DNA of 47,725 bases from a virus (IMGVR_UViG_3300022741_000070:1-47725), one strand, 5' to 3'. Positions 8,786-15,650 are shown, numbered from the stretch's first letter. Numbers and translations: made by a program. The notes: generated by a model from the letters alone, not told the origin.

Positions 8786-9787
8786 TCAGACGGTGGCGAG
8801 CAGCGCGAGCGTCGCGCGGTCGAGCTTGTCGATGCCGCCCGTGATCGCACGCTCGGCGTTGCGGTCGGCGCGGCTCGCGCCCCTCACCGCCTGCCCGTGA
8901 TGCGTGTACGTGTTGACCGCGGCCAGCACGCCGTACGCCGTCCCCGACCAGGGCGACACGCGCTCGTCGTGACGCCACAGGCGGTTGAGTTCGCCCGCCT
9001 TGTTGTCGGCCATCGTCCGCGCCTGCTTGGACTCGGACTCGGTCTCGGTGTACGCCCGCACGAACCGGGACCACCGCTCGGCGCTCACGACCTCCGCCGT
9101 CAGCCGGTCGACCTGGGCGGCGAACTCATCCGCCACGCCGTGCACGATGCCCAGCGCCTGCCGCACGTCGGCGAGCTTGGACAGCGAGTTGACCGAGTGC
9201 TTGATCCGCACCCGCTCGGTCTCCTCGGACAGCGCCGCGCTCAGGGTGTTGTCGCAGACGACCACCTGAACGCCGACCTGGTACGTCGTCGCCATCGAGC
9301 CGTCCATCGACGTCGCCGCCGTGAGGAACGGGCGGTACTCGACGCCCTCGACGCTCAGGGTGTCCTCCATCTCGACCTGAACCCATGCCTGGGCCCCGTT
9401 GCGCAGGAGCCCGGCCGATCCGATCGCGAGGTCCGCGTCGAGCAGGGACTCGACGTTGCGCACGAGCCAGTCGTCGTACCCGTGCACGCGGTAGCCCTGC
9501 TTGAAGATGCCGAGGATGTCGCCGGTGTCGGACCGCATCACGGCCTTGCGTGTCGGGTCCGTCATCGTGAGCACGCCGGTCGGCGTGAGCGCGGTCGCCG
9601 TGACCTCGCCCTCGACGGCGTCCCAGCCGAACAGCCGTCGGCGCACGTCCTCGACGGGGATGGCCCCGGAGTAGTGGTTGGGCTCGGCGCCCTGCTCCGA
9701 CTCGCGGTAGTGCCACGCCTTGCCGCGCTTGTCGGTGTAGCCGATCAGGGTGTTCGTGTTCAGGTGCTGCATGGTCTCTCGGGACAT
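8786..9787 (-). CDS. DUF932-family phage/plasmid protein
   Basis: SAGLLRNGAQAW, TSMDGS, VVVCDNTL, HSVNS, GTAYG..AVN.Y..H motifs. Confidence 0.85.
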   Translation of the reverse strand: MSRETMQHLNTNTLIGYTDKRGKAWHYRESEQGAEPNHYSGAIPVEDVRRRLFGWDAVEGEVTATALTPTGVLTMTDPTRKAVMRSDTGDILGIFKQGYRVHGYDDWLVRNVESLLDADLAIGSAGLLRNGAQAWVQVEMEDTLSVEGVEYRPFLTAATSMDGSMATTYQVGVQVVVCDNTLSAALSEETERVRIKHSVNSLSKLADVRQALGIVHGVADEFAAQVDRLTAEVVSAERWSRFVRAYTETESESKQARTMADNKAGELNRLWRHDERVSPWSGTAYGVLAAVNTYTHHGQAVRGASRADRNAERAITGGIDKLDRATLALLATV

Positions 9788-9823
9788 GTTGCCTACCTCC
9801 TAGAGTTCGTGTGAATTGGTGTC

Positions 9824-9852
9824 ATCCTACGCGTCATTTACACGCCGCGCAA
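9824..9852 (-). promoter_or_regulatory. SigA-type promoter TTGCGC-N17-TAGGAT with operator GGCGTGTAAATG (9835-9846) in the spacer
   Basis: Consensus spacing; repeated 12-mer; GGAGG RBS downstream. Confidence 0.75.
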
Positions 9853-9857
9853 GCAGG

Positions 9858-10184
9858 TCAGTAGATCGCGGCCGACAGTCCCATCGCCGCATCTGCGACC
9901 GCGTCGAGGTCCGGCTCGTCGCGGGCCTCCAGGAGCGAGATCCGGTTGATGCGCACGCCGCTGCCGGTCGTCACGACCAGGCCGTCGAGGTCCCCGGAGT
10001 CAGCCCCGCGCGGCGCGTGGTACTCGACGGCGTCCTCGACCTCGCCTGCGATGCGGTCGAGAAGCGTCTCGTCGTCACACCCGCCGATGACGTACGCCTC
10101 CAGCATCACCTCGACGGTCGCCACCACCCGCCTTGCACCGCTCCGCGCCAGCGCCTCGCGCATCTCGCGCCCGTCGCTCGTCAT
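9858..10184 (-). CDS. Hypothetical protein
   Basis: Coupled start overlapping upstream stop. Confidence 0.65.
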   Translation of the reverse strand: MTSDGREMREALARSGARRVVATVEVMLEAYVIGGCDDETLLDRIAGEVEDAVEYHAPRGADSGDLDGLVVTTGSGVRINRISLLEARDEPDLDAVADAAMGLSAAIY

Positions 10185-10423
10185 CACTCGCCCGCTCCCA
10201 TCTGCTCGTCCATCACGTAGACCACGCCGTCGATGACGACGAAGCTTGAGCCCCGCCCGTCGCCCTGCCTGTCGGCGTCCCAGCGGCAGTCGATGCCGTC
10301 CGACCCGTCGTCCGTCGAGCACGGCGGCAGGTCGACCCTGACGCCCAGCGTCAGGACGAGCGCGAAGATGCCGACGAGCATGGCGATCACGCCCGCGATG
10401 ACGACGTTCTCGACGTCGCGCAT
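10184..10423 (-). CDS. Small membrane-anchored protein
   Basis: N-terminal hydrophobic helix, then LPPC..D..C.WDA..GDG.G.SF motif. Confidence 0.7.
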   Translation of the reverse strand: MRDVENVVIAGVIAMLVGIFALVLTLGVRVDLPPCSTDDGSDGIDCRWDADRQGDGRGSSFVVIDGVVYVMDEQMGAGE

Positions 10424-10875
10424 CACAGTGCACCTCCCCACGTCACGCGCGCCGCGCTCGCCTTGCGCGTGACGTCCCAGGGGATCTCGCCCATGCGTCG
10501 CGCGCGGTCGCGGCGAAACGCGACCTGGCTCCCGCCTTCGAGCACGTCCTCGACGGCGACCTCCCACTCGACGATGCGGTACCCGCCAGCCTCCAGGTCG
10601 TCCGCGACGTGGCCGAACCACTGCTCCAGCGAGGCCAGGTCGGCGAAGCCGAACCGGTACTGGTCACGCACGCCCCGCGACACCTCGCGCCATTCGGGCA
10701 CGTCCATCTCGGGGACCGGGTGGTGCCGACTGTGGCCGTCGTCAACCTGCACCCACGCCTCGCTCCGCACCACCACGCGCGGCCCCGTGGGGTCGTCGCC
10801 GCAGTTGGGGTTGTACGGTCCGCCGCCGTGCGGCAACTCCACCCGCAGCACGCGGCACGTCGTAGCCTCGACCAT
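10423..10875 (-). CDS. Hypothetical protein
   Basis: RVE..GPY..HP.P..FGF..L..WF motif; follows mini-tRNA B. Confidence 0.75.
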   Translation of the reverse strand: MVEATTCRVLRVELPHGGGPYNPNCGDDPTGPRVVVRSEAWVQVDDGHSRHHPVPEMDVPEWREVSRGVRDQYRFGFADLASLEQWFGHVADDLEAGGYRIVEWEVAVEDVLEGGSQVAFRRDRARRMGEIPWDVTRKASAARVTWGGAL

Positions 10876-10920
10876 CTGTCCGTCCCTATCTCTCAGGGGC
10901 GCCGCTCGTCGGCGCCGCGC

Positions 10921-10968
10921 GTCCCTACTCGGGGTCGAACCGAGTCGCTACCCAAACCGGGGAGGGAC
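10921..10968 (-). ncRNA. Mini-tRNA-like element B
   Basis: GTCCCT CCC-CGGTTT-GGG TAGCG ACTCGG-TTCGACC-CCGAGT AGGGAC. Confidence 0.75.
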
Positions 10969-10976
10969 TGCCGATG

Positions 10977-11078
10977 TCACTCGGCGTTGCCGTTCACGTC
11001 GTCACCGATGGCGCCGACGAGCGCGAGCCACAGGGCGACCAGCACCCACAGGCTCAGGCCGAACGCGAGGCCGCTCAC
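10977..11078 (-). CDS. 33-aa hydrophobic micro-protein
   Basis: VSGLAFGLSLWVLVALWLALVGAIGDDVNGNAE; GTGA-coupled; not in the ORF track. Confidence 0.55.
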   Translation of the reverse strand: MSGLAFGLSLWVLVALWLALVGAIGDDVNGNAE

Positions 11079-11179
11079 AGGCCGACCGTCGCGGCGTACT
11101 TCGCGCGGCGCGCGTCGCGACGTCGCAGCGTCTCGGCGCGACCGGCCGCGGTGGACTTGTGCGTGATGTGCTTCGACAT
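11075..11179 (-). CDS. 34-aa basic micro-protein
   Basis: MSKHITHKSTAAGRAETLRRRDARRAKYAATVGL with GGGAG RBS just after the hammerhead. Confidence 0.6.
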   Translation of the reverse strand: MSKHITHKSTAAGRAETLRRRDARRAKYAATVGL

Positions 11180-11202
11180 GCTGTGTCTCCCATCTCTCTC
11201 GG

Positions 11203-11263
11203 CAGGCTCGTCAGGTCCGGGATGCCAGCCCGGACGACGCCCCTTGTGGGGGCGTTTCGCCTA
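11203..11263 (-). ncRNA. Type II hammerhead ribozyme
   Basis: TAGGC GAAA C GCCCC-CACAA-GGGGC GTC^ GTCCGGG-CTGGCAT-CCCGGAC CTGACGA GCCTG; intact CUGANGA/GAAA/NUH core and all three stems paired. Confidence 0.9.
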
Positions 11264-11557
11264 GTCCTCGTCGTCGACCTCGACCCACACCTCGGCGGAG
11301 CCGTCGAGCCATGCGGCCAGCGCCTCGGCCGCTGCGAGGTCGCCATCGAACCGATCGCACGCGTCGCAGCGTTCGATGCCGTAGTCGGTCGGACCGTTGC
11401 CCGTCGGCGCGAAGTAGCCGCCGTGGCAGTCGCCGCACGTGCCCTCGCCCATTGCCCGGACGTGCGGACCGGGGTCGATGACCTCGCCCGTCGGCCACTG
11501 CAACCACGGGTCGCCGCCGTACTCGACCGCGGTGCCGTCGTACCGTCGCGCGCTCAC
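11261..11557 (-). CDS. Zn-finger hypothetical protein
   Basis: CGDC...CDAC; TAG stop lies in hammerhead stem II. Confidence 0.7.
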   Translation of the reverse strand: MSARRYDGTAVEYGGDPWLQWPTGEVIDPGPHVRAMGEGTCGDCHGGYFAPTGNGPTDYGIERCDACDRFDGDLAAAEALAAWLDGSAEVWVEVDDED

Positions 11558-11868
11558 TCGGCCGCTCCCACGGCCAGCGCCCACGTCGCGAGGACGTCGA
11601 GGTCACGCCCCTCGCCGACCGTCTCGGCCGCGGGTCGCGTCGCCGCGATGTCGTCGAGCAGGTCCGTGAGGTCGACCGCCTGCCCGCGGGACAGCCGTCC
11701 CAGCACCTCGCCCGTGCCGCTCGGCGATGCCCACCAAGACGCGATGGCGCGTGCCGTGCCGCCGTGAATCTCGCGCCCGCTGTCGCGCCAGACAGCCTCG
11801 ATGTCCGCGACCGCGTCGGTCGTCATCGACATCGAGTCGACGACCATGATCGAGCCCGCCGCGTTCAC
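11554..11868 (-). CDS. Hypothetical protein
   Basis: GTGA coupling at both ends. Confidence 0.7.
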   Translation of the reverse strand: MNAAGSIMVVDSMSMTTDAVADIEAVWRDSGREIHGGTARAIASWWASPSGTGEVLGRLSRGQAVDLTDLLDDIAATRPAAETVGEGRDLDVLATWALAVGAAE

Positions 11869-12233
11869 AGTCGCACCGTCCGAACGCCGCCGTGCGGACC
11901 GATCTCGAGCATGTGCGTGCACGTGACGTACGGGTCGGATTCAAGCTCCCACAACGTCGCGCCCGTGCCGACCTTGGCAAGCAGGATGTGCGACCCGACC
12001 GCGACCGCCGGGCAGATGAGGTTGCGACCCTGCTCGCCGGGCACGGGGCGCGCGTTGCCGTCCGCGTCGTCGACCCACTCGGCCGCAAGCGGCACGCCGC
12101 CGAGCACGTAGCCGACCCGGTAGCGCTCCGCGAGCACGCGCGCCGCGTGGCCGATGCTGTCGAACATCTCGGCGTCAATCGCCCACTCGCCATGCGAGTA
12201 GCCGGGTCCGCCGTACCACAGTCCCACGTACAT
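11865..12233 (-). CDS. Hypothetical protein
   Basis: GAAGGA RBS after mini-tRNA C and hairpin. Confidence 0.75.
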   Translation of the reverse strand: MYVGLWYGGPGYSHGEWAIDAEMFDSIGHAARVLAERYRVGYVLGGVPLAAEWVDDADGNARPVPGEQGRNLICPAVAVGSHILLAKVGTGATLWELESDPYVTCTHMLEIGPHGGVRTVRL

Positions 12234-12277
12234 GTTCGTTCCTTCCATCCGCGATGCCGGACCGTCCGGCACCAAGC

Positions 12278-12324
12278 GGCGCGCCGCGGGATCGAACCGC
12301 GCTCGCCCCCGACCGGGGCGCGCC
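12278..12324 (-). ncRNA. Mini-tRNA-like element C
   Basis: GGCGCGC CCC-GGTC-GGG GGCGAG CGCGG-TTCGATC-CCGCG GCGCGCC (7+5 bp). Confidence 0.75.
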
Positions 12325-12345
12325 TGACGCACGCGTGCGTCCCTT

Positions 12346-12855
12346 TCACACCTCGCGACGGCTGACCAGCGCCGAGTGCCCGACGACGAGCGCGATGGCG
12401 TCCTGCCCGAACTCGTCGGCGAGGATCGCGAGCGCGTCGGCGAGACCCTCCAGGTCCCACTCCGCCGAGTCGCCGAACGCGAACACGTAGGCCGAGTCCT
12501 CGCGGACCGTCACGCCCGCATCGTCGACCCACTCGCCCGAGCCGTAGTGCGGCTCGTCGACATGCGTGCCGTCGCCCGTGAGCGCGCCCACGAGCCCGTG
12601 CACGAGCCCGACGAGACGACGCCACCGCCGCTCCGGCATCGGCTCGTCGCCCACGTTCCGGCCGATGTTGACCTGCACCGTCGCGGCCGTCGTCGGCGCG
12701 ACGTTGGTCGGCACGGGCGGACGGGTGAGCGTCGCGGCCGAGATCCGCAAGTAGGCGATGCGCTCCGACTGCGCGAGCGTGTCCCACGCGGCACCGTCCG
12801 CGTACGCCATGTGCCGCGCGTTCGCCACGACGTCCGCGCCCGTGATGTTGTCCAT
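12346..12855 (-). CDS. Hypothetical protein, possible SAM lyase (SAMase)-like fold
   Basis: G.GEW....G..VREDS and LA.EFGQDAI motifs resemble T3-type SAM lyases. Confidence 0.5.
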   Translation of the reverse strand: MDNITGADVVANARHMAYADGAAWDTLAQSERIAYLRISAATLTRPPVPTNVAPTTAATVQVNIGRNVGDEPMPERRWRRLVGLVHGLVGALTGDGTHVDEPHYGSGEWVDDAGVTVREDSAYVFAFGDSAEWDLEGLADALAILADEFGQDAIALVVGHSALVSRREV

Positions 12856-12902
12856 GTTGTGCTTCCTTCCAACGGTCCCGATGCACGTTGCGTCGGGTGA
12901 GT

Positions 12903-12947
12903 GCCCGTGCGCGGATTCGAACCGCACCGTCGCCACCTAGGACGGGC
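12903..12947 (-). ncRNA. Mini-tRNA-like element D
   Basis: GCCCGT CC-TAGGT-GG CGACG GTGCGG-TTCGAAT-CCGCGC ACGGGC. Confidence 0.75.
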
Positions 12948-12954
12948 TGCCGGT

Positions 12955-13155
12955 TCACTGCCCGGCATAGACGTGAATGCCCTCGCGCCAATCCGCGACG
13001 CCATCGCGCCACACCTGCACAACGAGATGAGGCGTGGGGATCGGCTGGACGATGGCGCGCGCTTCCACCATTGCGCGCGCCCTGGCGAGCGCGGCCGCGC
13101 GGTCGACCGTCGCGATGACGACCCCGGTGTGGTCGGTAAGGGTGAAGATGTCCAT
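12955..13155 (-). CDS. Small hypothetical protein, first gene of the early arm
   Basis: GAAAGG RBS before ATG 13155. Confidence 0.7.
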   Translation of the reverse strand: MDIFTLTDHTGVVIATVDRAAALARARAMVEARAIVQPIPTPHLVVQVWRDGVADWREGIHVYAGQ

Positions 13156-13197
13156 TTTGCTACCTTTCACTTGTCCCAAGCGCTAGACACTGGGACG

Positions 13198-13852
13198 ATC
13201 CCCGTGCCAAGGATCGAACCGTCGCGCTCGCGCTGCTCCGATTCGCCGAACCATCCGCGAGCGCCGAACGCGCGGCCGTCACGCGCGCCTTCAAAGAATG
13301 CGCCGAATCCCATTTCTTGCTCCCGATTGCGTGTGGGTGAATGCTGACGAGTGGTCGCGCCCGGTTCCGAACCGTTGTCACCCGACCCGCGCATGGCTCG
13401 TCCGGCGGAATGCTTGGCTACAGATACCCGATGGCGACCATCGTTGCCAGTACCCTGCCAATTCCGCCGCGCCGCTGTGCGCGTGGCTAGTGAAGCGCGA
13501 CCTGACCGCATTGCAGCGGTCCGTGTGTGTGGGTAGGGACGGATCGCTAATCCGCGCGGCTCACCATGTTTGGGTGCCCTACGTGCCGCATTGAATCACT
13601 GGCATTTGCGCCGACGCGTCATGCGCTTATGCCTGCCGGGGGATGCTCACCGCCGGGTGATTCGGCGGGTCGTGGCATTGTGCTCACCCCTTGCTTGAAC
13701 CGCGCCGTTGCCGACGCGTCGTTTGGTGACGCGGATTTGCACCGCGGGGGTGACTTCCAGTGACCGCGGATTCCCATCCGCGGGTGTGTCTCGCCGAACC
13801 GGCGCCGCGTGCGAGCGGGCTCCCGATCCGGGTCGATCCGTCCAACCCGATG
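13198..13852 (-). ncRNA. Candidate ~650-nt structured noncoding RNA / leader
   Basis: No credible ORF; dense nested helices; T-loop-like GGTTCGATCC at the 3' end. Confidence 0.6.
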
Positions 13853-13857
13853 GCTAG

Positions 13858-13886
13858 AACCTATGCCGTGCCGCACGCTTGCGCTA
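13858..13886 (-). promoter_or_regulatory. Putative early leftward promoter TAGCGC-N17-TAGGTT
   Basis: Resembles the TTGCGC-N17-TAGGAT promoter at 9824-9852. Confidence 0.45.
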
Positions 13887-13957
13887 GTCGCGCCGCTGTA
13901 CTCACCCGCCGCCGAGCGCGTTTCCGCAGATCAACGGCCTAAAACGAGTTTCGCGAC

Positions 13958-13976
13958 CGTCTCACAATGTGAGACG
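13958..13976. promoter_or_regulatory. Palindrome CGTCTCACA-A-TGTGAGACG, putative protein-binding site
   Basis: Perfect 9-bp inverted repeat upstream of the early promoter. Confidence 0.45.
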
Positions 13977-14042
13977 CCCATGGGCGGTTTGCCCGGTTCC
14001 TCGCGCGCGCGTGCATGGCGCGCATGGCGCGCGTGACGCGCG

Positions 14043-14125
14043 CTGCCCTGCCCCTGCCCTGCCCCTGCCCTGCCCCTGCCCTGCCCCTGCCCCTGCCCCT
14101 GCCCCTGCCCTGCCCCTGTCCCTGC
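14043..14125. repeat. (TGCCC/TGCCCC)n microsatellite, G-tract array on the minus strand
   Basis: About 15 consecutive C3-C4 runs. Confidence 0.9.
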
Positions 14126-14157
14126 GGGTGAGGTTTGCGTTTCACCCGGCCTGGGCA

Positions 14158-14187
14158 TTGACGCGGCGGCGGTGGTGGGGGTATAAC
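14158..14187 (+). promoter_or_regulatory. Putative rightward promoter TTGACG-N18-TATAAC
   Basis: Near-consensus hexamers pointing toward the HNH/tRNA/terminase genes. Confidence 0.45.
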
Positions 14188-14597
14188 CCGCGCGCGTGTG
14201 ATTCGCGGACCGCTGCGTGTTGGCAGCTACGGTCGCGCCACCATCACAAGGTCAATCATCGGCGGCGGCGAGAGGTGCGTTGCTCGAGCTCGTCCATCGC
14301 TACAGCGCCCTGCGACTGTGCAGGTCACAGCGCATGTGGGGCCCATGAGGGCCCCCAGGTGCCGGGGCTTGCGGGCCCCGAAGGGGGCCCGGCAGAAGCA
14401 GGAGCTAGCGGCCAGCGTTCGCCACTGTTCTGGGTGTGACGCAGTTCACCCGCTGGAGATGAAGCAGGCTTGCCTCGTGCTGCGTAGATACAGAGTGTAG
14501 AGCTCTAGAACGTAGCGGCTGAGCCCCCGAAGGGGGCCCCAACCGTAGCGACTACTCCTAGGAGTAGAGCCCCCTTCGGGGGCCGCTTCCGCTGCGA

Positions 14598-14636
14598 CTA
14601 CGTCTAGGAGCTACGTCTAGGAGCTACGTCTAGGCG
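14598..14636 (+). repeat. 3 x 13-bp tandem repeat CTACGTCTAGG(A/C)G
   Basis: Read directly; lies in the presumed left-end noncoding region. Confidence 0.85.
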
Positions 14637-14802
14637 TAGCTCGCCGCCGCAGCACTCAGACCAATGACTCCTCCGGGTCGGCAGGGCCAACCGCCCTCAC
14701 GCCGCCGGAGCTTCTTCCACCGCGGGGCCCGGAGGCGACCACCCATGCTTCGAGCGCGTTACCAGGGCCCTGCGGTGGCCCCCTGCGCCCAGCCTGCCGA
14801 CG

Positions 14803-15117
14803 ATGCCAGGCTGGGCCGGTAGTGACCGGCGCCAGCGCCTGCCTCCCGATTGGGAGCGGACGCGGCGCCGAGTCCTGATCCGAGACGGCCGCCGTTGCAC
14901 GGCTGTCTCACCCGCCGGCGAGCGGTGCCCTGAGCCCGCGACCGAGGTCGACCACATCCACCCCGGCGATGACCACTCGATGCAGAACCTCCGGGCCCTC
15001 TGCTCGTGGCACCACCAGCGGAAGTCGGCCGCAGAAGGCGCGGAGGCTCAAGCTCGAGCCCGCCGCCGGCACGCGCGGAAGTTCCTACGAGTCGAGGCTC
15101 ACCCCGGCCTCCTCTGA
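14803..15117 (+). CDS. HNH endonuclease (terminase-associated type)
   Basis: W..TR.RVL.RD..RC..ATEVDHI.PGDDHS..NLRALC.WHH..KS. Confidence 0.9.
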   Translation: MPGWAGSDRRQRLPPDWERTRRRVLIRDGRRCTAVSPAGERCPEPATEVDHIHPGDDHSMQNLRALCSWHHQRKSAAEGAEAQARARRRHARKFLRVEAHPGLL

Positions 15118-15233
15118 GGGCTCCGCCGCGGGGGCTGTAGAGCGTCGCCCACGAGGCGCTCCTCACGCTCCAGTCCCCGCCAAGCCTCCCCCTCCCCCTC
15201 CCCCACGCTGGCGCGACTGCGGAGGGGGGTCTA

Positions 15234-15303
15234 GCGCCTGAGCTCATGGTGAGCGCCGCCGGCTCCAACCCGGCGGCTGCGGGTTCGACTCCCGCCAGGT
15301 GTG
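15234..15303 (+). tRNA. tRNA-Trp(CCA), atypical D-arm
   Basis: Anticodon arm GCCGG-CTCCAAC-CCGGC; T-arm GCGGG-TTCGACT-CCCGC; acceptor with two G-U pairs. Confidence 0.65.
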
Positions 15304-15314
15304 CACAGTCTCGG

Positions 15315-15385
15315 TCCCCCGTAGCTGAGTGGTTTAGCCGCCGACTCTTAATCGGCAGAGGCAGGTTCGATTCCTGCCGGGGGAA
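15315..15385 (+). tRNA. tRNA-Lys(CTT)
   Basis: Full cloverleaf TCCCCCG/CGGGGGA; GCCGA-CTCTTAA-TCGGC. Confidence 0.9.
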
Positions 15386-15539
15386 CCGCGCTCGATTGAT
15401 GGCTGCCGCTAGTACATCGAGAGCCCTCGGCGGAGGCGGCATCTGCACGGAGGGTGGGGAAAGGCATCGCCCCAAGGAGGTTAGCCCCTAATGCCTCGCG
15501 CCCTCTCTGGGTACGCGAAAAGGCGAAGGATGCCCACAG

Positions 15540-15612
15540 TGGCCTGTAGCTCAGATGGCAGAGCAGCGGACTGTTAATCCGCCAAGCGCAGGTTCGAGTC
15601 CTGCCAGGCCAG
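15540..15612 (+). tRNA. tRNA-Asn(GTT)
   Basis: Full cloverleaf TGGCCTG/CAGGCCA; GCGGA-CTGTTAA-TCCGC. Confidence 0.92.
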
Positions 15613-15650
15613 CACGCACATAGCCCAAATCCGCCGAGGAGGCGCCCCAG

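Noticed and set aside
8732-12947. Calling the T-loop elements real tRNA genes
   Set aside because: No anticodon arm and only 45-48 nt; reported as mini-tRNA mimics instead.
13198-13226. Fifth intact mini-tRNA
   Set aside because: GGTTCGATCC is present but the T-stem pairs poorly and no local 5' acceptor strand was found; treated as degenerate or part of the long RNA.
13344-13380. Second hammerhead at plus-strand CTGACGAG
   Set aside because: No appropriately placed GAAA, stem II or NUH, and it is antisense to the presumed transcript.
13160-14500. Short ORFs in the noncoding end region, including GQGQGRG-type translations of the microsatellite
   Set aside because: No RBS, atypical composition, low-complexity artefacts.
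15388-15450. Theta/HDV-like ribozyme after tRNA-Lys
   Set aside because: Could not fit P3/L3, P1.1 or the catalytic C junction.
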